From contig CAWDYC010000006.1 of assembly GCA_963806535.1 (NCBI GenBank), forward strand, positions 96,001 to 160,000: a stretch of 64,000 nucleotides of DNA, given 5' to 3'. Positions 20,212 through 29,447 of the stretch are shown here, one piece after another; the stretch's first letter is position 1, and each line of letters starts with the position of its first letter. The notes under the pieces are model-generated. The model had not been told where the DNA came from. It ran no database searches and saw only the letters and a list, made by a program, of their open reading frames with translations. Made by a program: the position numbers and the translations under genes. The stretch is from Candidatus Bathyarchaeota archaeon. Lineage in GTDB: Archaea > Thermoproteota > Bathyarchaeia > Bathyarchaeales > Bathycorpusculaceae.

Positions 20212-20607
20212 CTAAGGACCTGACCTTGGCGGCATCATGTTGCCCAATAATTGAGTCAGATCCGGCACAGACATCGGATCATCTTCCACGATCTTCCCGT
20301 TCGCGAGACGATAATACGTAATAGCTCGGGCAGTGGCTTTGTTCCCATTGGGGAGGGTTACGTTCAATTGGCCCCGGAAAACGACCGAATCGTTTTCAGC
20401 GATTAGATCCTCGATTTCAATATCTAGTACAAGCTTGGCAGATTTCATGTTAGAAATCAACGCTTTAAAGCCAGCTAAATCGATATTGCCCATTCCGCGG
20501 TTCACGTAATTCGGCGCAGCCAATTTGTCTAGGCGGTCGATATTGCGGCCCATCAAAATCTCCTTGACAAATTCACGGACCACAGCTTTGTTTTCATCAG
20601 TGGACAT
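20212..20607 (-). CDS. SnoaL-like/NTF2-fold (ester cyclase) protein
   Basis: 'ENKAVVREF', 'IEDLIAE.D.V', 'YRL.NGKIVE'; GGAG upstream. Confidence 0.85.
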   Translation of the reverse strand: MSTDENKAVVREFVKEILMGRNIDRLDKLAAPNYVNRGMGNIDLAGFKALISNMKSAKLVLDIEIEDLIAENDSVVFRGQLNVTLPNGNKATARAITYYRLANGKIVEDDPMSVPDLTQLLGNMMPPRSGP

Positions 20608-20814
20608 TTTGGATTCTCCTCTGCTTCAAAAAGTGGACACGGTTAATAATAGTATGTTAGTGTGATGTTGCAGTCACAAACTTGAGCGTGTACTTAATTT
20701 AGGGACGAAGCGGCGCACAATAAAGCCCAAACCAGGCGATTGGTCGTTGCGAAATTAGTTTGAAAAGCAACTGATGTTTTTGGATCAAATAAATTTAAAT
20801 GTTTATTTCTTGGA

Positions 20815-21513
20815 GTGGCGAACTTAGACCTAATGTATCTTCTTGGTCACATTGCAATAGGGTATCTTATTGCTTGGGGTTTTGCTAGGTGGCGGAAGGA
20901 GAAGCTTTCGTTGTGGTTGGCTTTTACTGTCGGGATTGTTCCTGATTATGATATTCTGTTTCGCGGGTTGGGGCTGGTTCATCACACGTATACACATTCT
21001 CTTCTCTTATGGGCTCCAGTGGCAATCGCCTTAGTGTTATGGAATAGAAAGTCTCTGCCCTATGTGGCTGGTATTTTGTCGCATCTTTTGATAGGGGACT
21101 TTCTGGTAAGCAGCATTCCCATTCTTTTGCCGCTGAGCAATATCTCGGTCGGGTTGAGATTTGGCATGCCCTCGTTTGTTGATGCGATTCTGGAATCTTC
21201 CTTCCTTGCATTGATGTTTCTGCTAATGTGGTGGAACGGAGACCTCCGTAGAATGCTAAGCGGACAAAAGGCGAACTTACTGATAGTTGTCCCACTTGTG
21301 TCAATGGCCTCACTGACCTTGATAGCCGCTAAAACGCCCAATGTGGAACAATTAGTGGCGTTTGGTTTCTCTAAGCTGGAGCTTGAGGTTGTGTCGGTGG
21401 GTCAGATTTTGCTAATGATTTTATTCATAACATCCATTGCGCTTACATGCATCAAGATAGCCAGGTCCCAGAAAAGGCATGAACTACAAAAGAAAGGCTT
21501 AAAGCCCGGCTGA
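20815..21513 (+). CDS. Membrane metal-dependent hydrolase (YdjM/DUF457-like)
   Basis: GH, PDYD, HHTYTHS and SHLLIGD motifs. Confidence 0.85.
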   Translation: MANLDLMYLLGHIAIGYLIAWGFARWRKEKLSLWLAFTVGIVPDYDILFRGLGLVHHTYTHSLLLWAPVAIALVLWNRKSLPYVAGILSHLLIGDFLVSSIPILLPLSNISVGLRFGMPSFVDAILESSFLALMFLLMWWNGDLRRMLSGQKANLLIVVPLVSMASLTLIAAKTPNVEQLVAFGFSKLELEVVSVGQILLMILFITSIALTCIKIARSQKRHELQKKGLKPG

Positions 21514-21565
21514 AAACAAAACGTTTTTTACTAGTCTTATTTTACCAAATCATCCGAGCTTTCAT

Positions 21566-22150
21566 TCAGAACTTTTTTTGATTTTTTCGAAAATTCAAAG
21601 TCAAGATTACTGCACTTAAAGCGGCTCCGGCTGCTATAGCTCCATAGGCTACTTCATGAGCTGCATTATAGCTTAGTATGAAAAATGGAGCGAATATGGG
21701 CAACCCAAAAAAGTCACTCGCAACTCCTAAAGCATAAAAAATTAAACCTGCTGCTGCAATCAACGAAACAAGCAGGATTCGTTTCTGGCGCATATTTTCA
21801 ATTGGCGTTTTGATTGGTGTATTTTTTTTCAAGGCTTGGTCCATGAGAATTTGCGGTGTGATTTCATTACATTTATTCTGGAGAGTCAGGATTTCTGATT
21901 TCAAAAGTTCAATTGCTTTCCATCTTTTGTCCATTTCTTGTATAACTTTGGATCGAAGGACTTTTTCTGATGCTTGCAAGTCTCGTTTTTGAAGGTTTAA
22001 CTCTTGTTTTTCTGCTTTAATTCTTTGAACAGATGATACTAATTCGGGAACACTGGTCATACTTGAAGAATCCTCAGTTGCAGGCTGATCTAAATCTATA
22101 AGTATTTTGTTTGATTCTGATAACCGTTCTTTTTGAGGAAATTCTGCCAA
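21566..22150 (-). CDS. Coiled-coil protein with C-terminal two-TM module
   Basis: Heptad-rich middle region; the C-terminus matches the module in 28109, 38475, 39240 and 48191. Confidence 0.7.
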   Translation of the reverse strand: MAEFPQKERLSESNKILIDLDQPATEDSSSMTSVPELVSSVQRIKAEKQELNLQKRDLQASEKVLRSKVIQEMDKRWKAIELLKSEILTLQNKCNEITPQILMDQALKKNTPIKTPIENMRQKRILLVSLIAAAGLIFYALGVASDFFGLPIFAPFFILSYNAAHEVAYGAIAAGAALSAVILTLNFRKNQKKF

Positions 22151-22506
22151 TTTAATCCCTATTTTAGTATTAAAATATCGTGTTTTATTTTAAAGATTAT
22201 GAAATATCAGTAACTACCTCAAATCAGTAGGATAAATCATTTTCACTAAACCTTTTTCAAACTAGACAATGACCGTTTGGAATATCGTCATAACGGCTCA
22301 GCACCCATCCTAATGCATCGAAAACAACGTAAAAACGGCTAACCTAAAAAATTAATTCCCATTTTTTAGCCTACAAATGCATTTGAAAATAGATGGGCTA
22401 AGTAAGCTCCGGTTTGATCATAATGATGCATTATCCTGGCACATTTGCATTTTCATGTTTTCTCCTAAAGTAGGTTTCCAGAGCCTCAACTCGCAATAAT
22501 TTCTTT

Positions 22507-22677
22507 CTAATCAGTAAAAACTAGTTCTCCGCCACACATGGGGCATTCTAAAGGCAGTTTCATCTGCATTGACAATAGTTCGCATGAACATGGGAAGCAG
22601 AAGTAGATTTGGCATTTGGGACAACATTTGGATGCTCCGCCTATATATCTTCCGCAAGAACTGCAGGGACTAGACAA
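22507..22677 (-). CDS. 56-aa C4C4 RING-like zinc-finger protein (below the ORF-track cutoff)
   Basis: TTG start; MSSPCSSCGRYIGGASKCCPKCQIYFCFPCSCELLSMQMKLPLECPMCGGELVFTD; four CxxC pairs. Confidence 0.7.
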   Translation of the reverse strand: MSSPCSSCGRYIGGASKCCPKCQIYFCFPCSCELLSMQMKLPLECPMCGGELVFTD

Positions 22678-22807
22678 ATCAACCATAAGTTTCCTTCAAG
22701 CTAACTTCAAGATAAAGCCGTTGGCGAAACGACCTTTCATTGCAGTAGAGAGGTGGATTGAAGTGAAATAGTATCGTCTTTTTTTCAGACTTTAGATTAA
22801 TTTTTGA

Positions 22808-23218
22808 TTAACTTTTTTCGGGAGGTATTTCACCGGACGAAGGCAAATGAGGCTTTCTGACCAATGTTGATTTATCTGTTGAAGCTAACTCAAAATTGGT
22901 TGAATTTTTTATGGCTTTTCTGGGGCAGTCTTCAACACATTTATTGCAGAAGATGCATTTGGCAAGATTGAATTGTGGATACTGTTTTCCCTCTACATTA
23001 ATCATTTCGATTGCCTTTGCTGGGCAACTTCGGCTACATTGACCGCAGCTGACGCAGAGTTTAATGTCAAATACTGGCTCGCCTCGAAAGTCGTCAGACA
23101 ATTTTGGTTTCACAAAAGGATAGCCTTCGGTTGCTGGTTTGCTAAAGATATTTGAAACCGCCTTCTTGGTAAGTGGAGATATGCGACGAGTTTTCTTACC
23201 GTTTTTCCTGTTTTGCAT
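22808..23218 (-). CDS. 2x[4Fe-4S] protein, NuoI/EchF/HycF-like
   Basis: 'KPAT..YPF', 'FRG.P', CVSCGQCSRSCP and CIFCNKCVEDCP. Confidence 0.88.
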   Translation of the reverse strand: MQNRKNGKKTRRISPLTKKAVSNIFSKPATEGYPFVKPKLSDDFRGEPVFDIKLCVSCGQCSRSCPAKAIEMINVEGKQYPQFNLAKCIFCNKCVEDCPRKAIKNSTNFELASTDKSTLVRKPHLPSSGEIPPEKS

Positions 23219-23283
23219 ACAAAGAATTAGTTCTGGATTGTTTTATTTTTTACGATTTTGTGGCTCCTTTGCCTGAATGACCT

Positions 23284-23373
23284 GAACTTTTTTGGACTTC
23301 ATTCGACTCAACCTGCAACCGATTTAAGCCCTAAATCAAAAAAGCAACTTGAAACACAAACACCAAAATTTGC
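23284..23373 (+). repeat. Phased A-tract element copy
   Basis: AAC/GAC/GAC at 23285/23295/23305, then GACTCAACCTGCA...AAAAAGCAAC...TTTGC (60 bp from TGCA at 23314). Confidence 0.75.
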
Positions 23374-23490
23374 CTTCTTTTCACAGTGTTCTTTCAAACA
23401 CCTCACAAAACGCGTTATGATTGTGTTTTTGCCTAATTTTTATAAATGCCGTGGCGATTCCAGAGTTCAAGACTTCAGGGTGAAATACGG

Positions 23491-24159
23491 TTGGCGATTT
23501 TAACTGCATCGGACATTTGGAAGACATACGTTGATGACCAATTCGTTCTGAAGAACGTGCAGCTTACTTTAGACGAAGGTGACTTTACTTCAATACAGGG
23601 ACGATCTGGCGCCGGAAAATCCACTCTTCTTAGGATCGTAGGTCTTTTAGAAAGGATGGATCGAGGAGAACTTTATCTTTTTGGTCAAGCCACAAACGGT
23701 TTGAGCGAGAAACAGCGTGCAAAAATTAGACTTGAGAAGATTGGGTTTGTTTTTCAGGCTCTCAATTTGATACCTCACATAACCGCGACTGAGAATATTG
23801 AGGTTCCTTTGTGGCTGAAAAAAGTAAATGCTGCTAAGAGAAAAGAGAGGGCTTTGGATTTGCTTAGTAAGTTTGGGTTGAAGAGTTTGGCGGATAGGTT
23901 TCCGCATCAGATAAGTCTTGGTGAGCAACAGAGAGTGGCGGTGCTTAGGGCGTTAGCGAATGAGCCTTCCTTAATATTGGCTGATGAACCGACGGCGCAT
24001 CTTGATGAGGATAACGCGGAGATTTTGTTTGACTTATTAAGGCGGTTGAACAAGGAATTCGGCACATCTATCTTGATGACGACGACTAGTGTTGAGGAGT
24101 CGGATGTGGCTAGAACCCGATATCATCTTACGCATGGAACTCTCGAAATCAAAACGTAA
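23491..24159 (+). CDS. ABC transporter ATP-binding protein (LolD/MacB-like)
   Basis: Walker A GRSGAGKS, 'IGFVFQ', 'LADEPT..LD'; TTG 23491 after GGGTGA; signature and H-loop are atypical. Confidence 0.88.
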   Translation: MAILTASDIWKTYVDDQFVLKNVQLTLDEGDFTSIQGRSGAGKSTLLRIVGLLERMDRGELYLFGQATNGLSEKQRAKIRLEKIGFVFQALNLIPHITATENIEVPLWLKKVNAAKRKERALDLLSKFGLKSLADRFPHQISLGEQQRVAVLRALANEPSLILADEPTAHLDEDNAEILFDLLRRLNKEFGTSILMTTTSVEESDVARTRYHLTHGTLEIKT

Positions 24160-24175
24160 GAATGATGACCCTGCG

Positions 24176-25356
24176 CTAGTCATCGGGTGTTTCTTCAAAG
24201 TTGATTCTCCAGACACTAACCAACACGGTTGATACGATGAGGGCTACGGAAAATAAGAGAACCAACGGATTGAAGGACACAACCATTGTATGAAAGAGAA
24301 CCTGCAAATATCCTGTGTTTGTGAATACCATTAGCAAGCCGTTTGCCAAAGAATATCCCAAGATGCCGAAGACAAGAGCAAGAGTAGCGGCAAAGGCAGA
24401 AAACAGACCAACTTTCCTTCGCTTGGTAATGCCGAGCGAAGTGAGTACTGAGAAGAGACAAAAGTTCTCTTTGACTCCCCATGCTAGACTGTAGTAAAGT
24501 GAGAGGATTGATCCGGTGAAGACGACGAGGAAGAGTGCCCAAAGGGCGGTTTCGGATAAGCCGATGCTTCTTGAAAGTATTTGGCTCATGGCGTCAAGCG
24601 GATTGCCCACTAAATACTGACCGATGTTTGTTATACTCGTTATGGGAAGATTCTGCAGTGCGCCGTTTGAGTTTGAAGTGCTGTTTGTTTGGCTGCCTGT
24701 AATAAGATTCTGGATGGAACTGAAATGAAATGTGGCGGGGTCAACTTTCATCCTTATTATTGAAACATAGTTTTCTGTTGTTCCACGCATCATCTGTCCT
24801 ATTGGGAGAGAAGTGATGAGTTCATCGTTGAGTGCATCATTGGTGTTGAAAACTCCGGAGAGCGTTATGGTGCTGGAGAAGTTTCCAAATGAAGATTGAA
24901 CTGTAATATTTTCGCCCGCGGTCAGGTGAAGACGGTTTGCTAAACGCTGACCAGCCATAGCGCCGATGCCTAATTGGTCATTAGACCAAACTCCTGAGTC
25001 CAAGCGTCGAGTCGTCTAATTCCTTTAAGAGACTCATGTTCATGCCTCTTAGGTAGATAATTTGGCCGTTAACTGCAATTGAGGCGAGAACTTCAGGACT
25101 CACAATTTGAACCCCAGGCGCGCTAGCTCAGATTTGTTGCTAACTGGATTGGGATTAAGCTTGTTTGGGGCAGTTGTGAGTTGTTTGAATAAAGTGCGAT
25201 GACGTTATTGCGTTCGCCGATTGAATAGGGGACAGTTGACAAAGCCCCCATCAAGAGCAAGCCTGTCGTTGAGGTTACGGCGGAGACGGTAAGCACGCAG
25301 ATTGCAAAGGGAATCAGGGCGCGTTTTGATAGAAGCCGCAGGAAGAAACGAACCAT
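24176..25356 (-). pseudogene. FtsX/LolE-like ABC permease with two frameshifts
   Basis: N-terminal TM, extracytoplasmic domain ('G..LA.RL.L..GE.I', 'SGVF'), three C-terminal TMs; shifts near 25125 and 25005. Confidence 0.7.
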
Positions 25357-25364
25357 TTAGTCAT

Positions 25365-25943
25365 TTACGCTCCTGACACATCTAGTCGCCTGGTTTTTAA
25401 TACGAAATATAAACCGCCTGCGAAGACGGCTGTAAAGGTGAGGGCAAGAAGGTTTAGCAAATCCGTTAGCAGGAGAGTTGGAATTGCGTAGGGCGCTTTT
25501 ATTACGTATGCTGCGAGTCTGTAGGCCATTTGGGATGCGACTAGTCCGCCGGTCCATCCGAAGAGCCAGCTTAAGGTTGCTAGAAGTAGTAAGCGAAGGG
25601 TAATCATTGCTCGATACATTTTTTTTGAGGAACCTGTTTGCCAGAGGATGCTCATGGTTGGAATCATGGAGCGAATTGATTGAAGGCCTACAACGTATGA
25701 GGATACTGCGAGGAGAGACCAGGCTGCTATAAGCCAAACCCAGAAGATACTTGTTAATTCGGATAGGAGACTTAGGGTTACTACTGCGAATCTTGAGGCT
25801 GTTCCGGTGTTGAAGAAGCTGTATGCCATGTTGCTTATGGATAAGCCGCTGGTGATTAAGCCGACGATGGTGGCTAGGGTTAGTATTTGTTTTATGAAGT
25901 CGTTGGGTCGGCCGATGCATAGGCGGAATGCAAGCGAAGACAT
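25365..25943 (-). CDS. Short FtsX-like permease subunit
   Basis: Four TMs; 'MSILWQTGSSKK' resembles the FtsX 'I.ILRA.G' loop; lacks an extracytoplasmic domain. Confidence 0.6.
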   Translation of the reverse strand: MSSLAFRLCIGRPNDFIKQILTLATIVGLITSGLSISNMAYSFFNTGTASRFAVVTLSLLSELTSIFWVWLIAAWSLLAVSSYVVGLQSIRSMIPTMSILWQTGSSKKMYRAMITLRLLLLATLSWLFGWTGGLVASQMAYRLAAYVIKAPYAIPTLLLTDLLNLLALTFTAVFAGGLYFVLKTRRLDVSGA

Positions 25944-26262
25944 GGCTTATTTCACTTTTCTGAACGGATTATGCTGGTTCTTAACTTATTAGTTGTTGCC
26001 TTCGTAAGGAATTAAATGCTAAGATCTACCCTTAGGCAAAATTGTTTACATTCAATAATTGAGACTTGGTTTTTCTATATCGCGTTTATGACAAGTGCCC
26101 ATTGCCAAAGCAGAAGAATTGTGCCCCCAGAGGTTTCTTCTTCTTTTGAAGCAGAGAAGAAGTAGGATGTGCTATTTCCAGCCGTCCTTCTTCTTCTATT
26201 AGAGAAAAACAACACCCAGTGCTAACACCAACTGTTATTGTTCTTTTTGAATAACGCAGTAC

Positions 26263-27873
26263 CTAAACCCAAAGTTTATCGTTCCCGTTAGAGTAAACAA
26301 GCGACATGCCGTAGCATAGTTTACTCGACCAGTCAGCAGGCAATGGTTCACCATAGGCAATCATGTCATAGCCATTTTTGGACATTAAATTGTAAGTAAA
26401 GAATGGTTCACCATTCCATGCTGAAACGCCAGTTAGGTAGGCATATCCATAGTTTATGTTTGGTTTAATTCCGAAGTAGTTGAAAAGCCCGTAGACATGA
26501 GAGTCTCCCAAAAACGTTGTGTTTGAAGGAAGAGAGGCATTAACCCAACTGGATGCAGACAAATCCGACGGTTTAAAACCCCATTCTCCGCCTAAAAAGT
26601 TGTTATTGTCAACAACCGCGGAATAGCTTTGGAAAGAAAGCGCAAAAACGATAATAAACAGAAAGGCAACCGCCAACGAAATCTTGGTCGCATGACGGAT
26701 TCTGCTTCCGCCTTTGACGAATCTAATCAAGCCAAAAGCGGCAAATATTCCAAGTGGCATAAAAAGAAATGTAAAGAGCCTGTAAATTATTCCAAAGCCT
26801 TCAGTGGATCCGAAGACACCAAAAGCCACCAACACCAAGATGACGCCAAGCCACAGCGACATGAAAGTGTATGATCGATTCTCCGATTTTTTTAGCAATA
26901 GATACCCTACAGCCGCCAACATGGCAACTGCAAAGTAAGGTGCCGCTTCCATAACCAGATCAGAGCTAAGTGTCGGGGCAAAAGGAAGGATTGCAGTTCT
27001 TGTTCCTACAGCAAGCAATGCAAAGGCAATGGCTATGGCGATGATTGGAATTGCCCAGCGTTTTGACGAAGTTTTTTGTCCAGAACTCAGTTGAAAACCC
27101 ACTTGAAACCCAGCGAGCAGACTGAGGAAGGCAAACAACGACAAACCATCACTCAAGCTAAAAGAAATCCCCACAGGCTTCGCGTTAAGGTAGATGAAAA
27201 AGTACGCGAGACCAACCAATCCCATAATTGTTGGGTAAAGCAGTTTTTCCGGTTGAAGCCTTTCACCGCGGGTCCGCATAAGCAGAGGAACAATGGAAAC
27301 TTCAGCCGCCAAAACGAAAAGAATAAACGCCAAAGCAAAATGCGCCAAAATTAGACCCAGAGAAACAAACGAAAAAAGAATCAAGTTAGGCATTTTTCCT
27401 TTTTTGAGAAGTAGTAATACGCCAATCATGAAGAGGGGAAGCGCAAAGGTTTCTTTGGTTACAGACGCTGTGAATATTGCGTCAAACGAGGCTGCAGCAA
27501 AAAGAATAGATGCCGCTGAGGCAAGAACGAAATTTCCCGTTAACTTTCTCACTACGACAAAAAGAAATAACGTGGTTAACGAGCTCACTAGCGGAATTAT
27601 TAACGGCATCAAATTCAAAGGCGCCACACCGAAAACCAAAGATGCCACGGCTCCAAAGACGCTTACTGCTGGCCAACAAATATTGTAGGTGTCGAAGGTG
27701 GGGTTGCCGACAAGTTGTGTCGGAGAATTGGATAGCAGCAGGTTTGAGTTTCTCATTAGGGTCCAGCTGTCTACTCCCCATGGTGCGCCAGTTACCAGAG
27801 TGGGGTAGATTCTGAGAGCCATGGCTATTAGCAGGGGTAAAAGGATTAGCAGTAGTTTCCATCCGAGGCGCAC
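26263..27873 (-). CDS. Polytopic membrane protein, GT-C-like (DUF2206/DUF6541-like)
   Basis: ~13 TMs; Asp in the first loop (GVDSW), 'KETFAL', 'LAHF', 'YRLF', and a soluble C-terminal domain ending 'VYSNG'. Confidence 0.65.
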   Translation of the reverse strand: MRLGWKLLLILLPLLIAMALRIYPTLVTGAPWGVDSWTLMRNSNLLLSNSPTQLVGNPTFDTYNICWPAVSVFGAVASLVFGVAPLNLMPLIIPLVSSLTTLFLFVVVRKLTGNFVLASAASILFAAASFDAIFTASVTKETFALPLFMIGVLLLLKKGKMPNLILFSFVSLGLILAHFALAFILFVLAAEVSIVPLLMRTRGERLQPEKLLYPTIMGLVGLAYFFIYLNAKPVGISFSLSDGLSLFAFLSLLAGFQVGFQLSSGQKTSSKRWAIPIIAIAIAFALLAVGTRTAILPFAPTLSSDLVMEAAPYFAVAMLAAVGYLLLKKSENRSYTFMSLWLGVILVLVAFGVFGSTEGFGIIYRLFTFLFMPLGIFAAFGLIRFVKGGSRIRHATKISLAVAFLFIIVFALSFQSYSAVVDNNNFLGGEWGFKPSDLSASSWVNASLPSNTTFLGDSHVYGLFNYFGIKPNINYGYAYLTGVSAWNGEPFFTYNLMSKNGYDMIAYGEPLPADWSSKLCYGMSLVYSNGNDKLWV

Positions 27874-28108
27874 GTTGAGTACCTACACAGATAGATTTCA
27901 CTAAAAAGCCAATTAACTACAAAAGCTTTGTTGAAAGGTGACTGATTGTTTTTACTAAAAATTTAATGGTTCCGGCACGTTTTTGAAGTCCGAAAAAGAT
28001 ATTCTTTCTTGTTTTTTCCTCTGTATTTTCACTTTCGAGATTATCTGTTAATTCCTGGGGAATTGGCTGAAGGCTCGACACTAACTGATGCTTCATTTGA
28101 TTCTATGT

Positions 28109-28423
28109 CTAATCTTCAACAGTAACTGTTTCATCTAGTACTTTGTTTGCGGATTCAACTGATTTTTTGTTTGTTTCTGAAGCCATTGTTTTTCGTCTTT
28201 TCATAAGAAATATGGCTAGAATCACTATGTCCAGCGCAATCGCAGCTCCTATGGCGGCAAAAGCAGCGACATTATGAGCGGCGTCATTGCTTATTATCCA
28301 GAACATTGAGAATGAAGGATTCGCAAACAGGTTAGTTGCAATCCCAAAAGCATAAAAAATTAAGATGCCTACAAAAACTATCAATGCGATTTGCAGTTTC
28401 TCCATTGGGGATATTTTTCTCAC
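28109..28423 (-). CDS. Small membrane protein made mainly of the two-TM 'ANP..F..F.V.SN..AH' module
   Basis: IFYAFGIATNLFANPSFSMFWIISNDAAHNVA is nearly identical to the N-termini of 38475 and 48191. Confidence 0.75.
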   Translation of the reverse strand: MRKISPMEKLQIALIVFVGILIFYAFGIATNLFANPSFSMFWIISNDAAHNVAAFAAIGAAIALDIVILAIFLMKRRKTMASETNKKSVESANKVLDETVTVED

Positions 28424-28528
28424 TTGTATTCACCTAAGGTTTGCTACATCGTTATGAGATTGAATTTTTCAAAATCTCTCAGAAATATCAATTTCTTGCC
28501 GATTACTTAAAAACATTGTGTGCTAGGC

Positions 28529-28668
28529 AACCTTAACTGACCTTTCCAGACCTTTTTGGGCCATTTTGGACCTTTTTGGACCTTTGCGAACCTTTCTGGT
28601 CCGCAACCTGTAGACGAATTAAGCTTTAAAACAAAAAAGCAACCCAAAATACAAAGAACAAAATTTGC
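28529..28668 (+). repeat. 8 tandem 10-bp (GACCTTTNNG-like) repeats followed by the 60-bp element
   Basis: CC recurs at 28531, 28541 ... 28601; then CAACCTGTA...AAAAAGCAAC...ACAAAGAACAAAATTTGC. Confidence 0.85.
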
Positions 28669-28746
28669 AGCAAAAAAATAGGTGAATATTGATATATGAT
28701 TCATAAAAACTTAAAGATGTGGAGCAGTAGTTTCATGGGGTTTAGT

Positions 28747-29427
28747 ATGGTCGCTTCAGTTTGGGTAATCGCTAAGAAAATTTTCAGTGTATCTTTGATT
28801 CTTAACGCACTTATAACTTTAGCTACAGTAGCCCAAATCATTTTTTATCATTACCAGGCTTTTCCTTATTGGCAGCCGTATTCGCCATACGTTTTTAATG
28901 GAAGCGTTTTTTTCCTGGTAATAATCGCGGCACTCATGAATATTTATCCCAGCGCTAGCTTGGGTCGAACTCTGCATACTGGACGATTCTTGTTCCATCA
29001 TTATGTGTATGGTTTTTTTGTTTTGCTCTTTTCCGCTGTTTTTGTTGTGGTTTTTACGTCTGTTTCGTTGTTTAGTCTTTTTCTGGTATACAATCAAACT
29101 GTTGCGGTTAATGCTGGGAAATTTCTTTTCTTAATCGGATTTGCCCTGCTCCTGGATGATCTTCCTGATGTTTCAAAAAGAATCGATTCGTTCTTGAACA
29201 CTGTGAAGTTTAAGGCTTACCAGGGACGAAAAGTTCTTCATTTTCTTCAACTGATCGTGGGGTTGGTTTCGTTCTATGTCTTTCTAGCGGTCAGCCTCTG
29301 GACCACACAACATCCCGAGCTTGCCCTTCCAGCATCTTTTACAAGCGGCACCTTTCTCATAACCAGCCTCACCTCACTTGCTTTTGCAAAAAGAAAGGCA
29401 TGGCTCAAAATCGCTCCAACTGAATAG
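28747..29427 (+). CDS. Multi-pass membrane protein with HHY..G and LLDD motifs
   Basis: About six TMs; FHHYVYG and LLLDDLPD in membrane context. Confidence 0.7.
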   Translation: MVASVWVIAKKIFSVSLILNALITLATVAQIIFYHYQAFPYWQPYSPYVFNGSVFFLVIIAALMNIYPSASLGRTLHTGRFLFHHYVYGFFVLLFSAVFVVVFTSVSLFSLFLVYNQTVAVNAGKFLFLIGFALLLDDLPDVSKRIDSFLNTVKFKAYQGRKVLHFLQLIVGLVSFYVFLAVSLWTTQHPELALPASFTSGTFLITSLTSLAFAKRKAWLKIAPTE

Positions 29428-29447
29428 GTAGAAGTGCAATCGGATGT

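Noticed and set aside
25357-27901. Alternative-frame and antisense ORFs (25357-25920, 26629-27901) and similar ORFs elsewhere
   Set aside because: They are shadows of hydrophobic or repetitive genes and have no motifs.
27950-28111. Amber read-through (pyrrolysine) after 28109: two in-frame TAGs followed by an open Glu-rich frame
   Set aside because: Many intact genes here end in TAG, no pyl genes are in the window, and a frameshift or decay explains it equally well.
10491-28668. Tandem repeats as CRISPR arrays
   Set aside because: The units are 10 bp with no unique spacers, and no cas genes are present.
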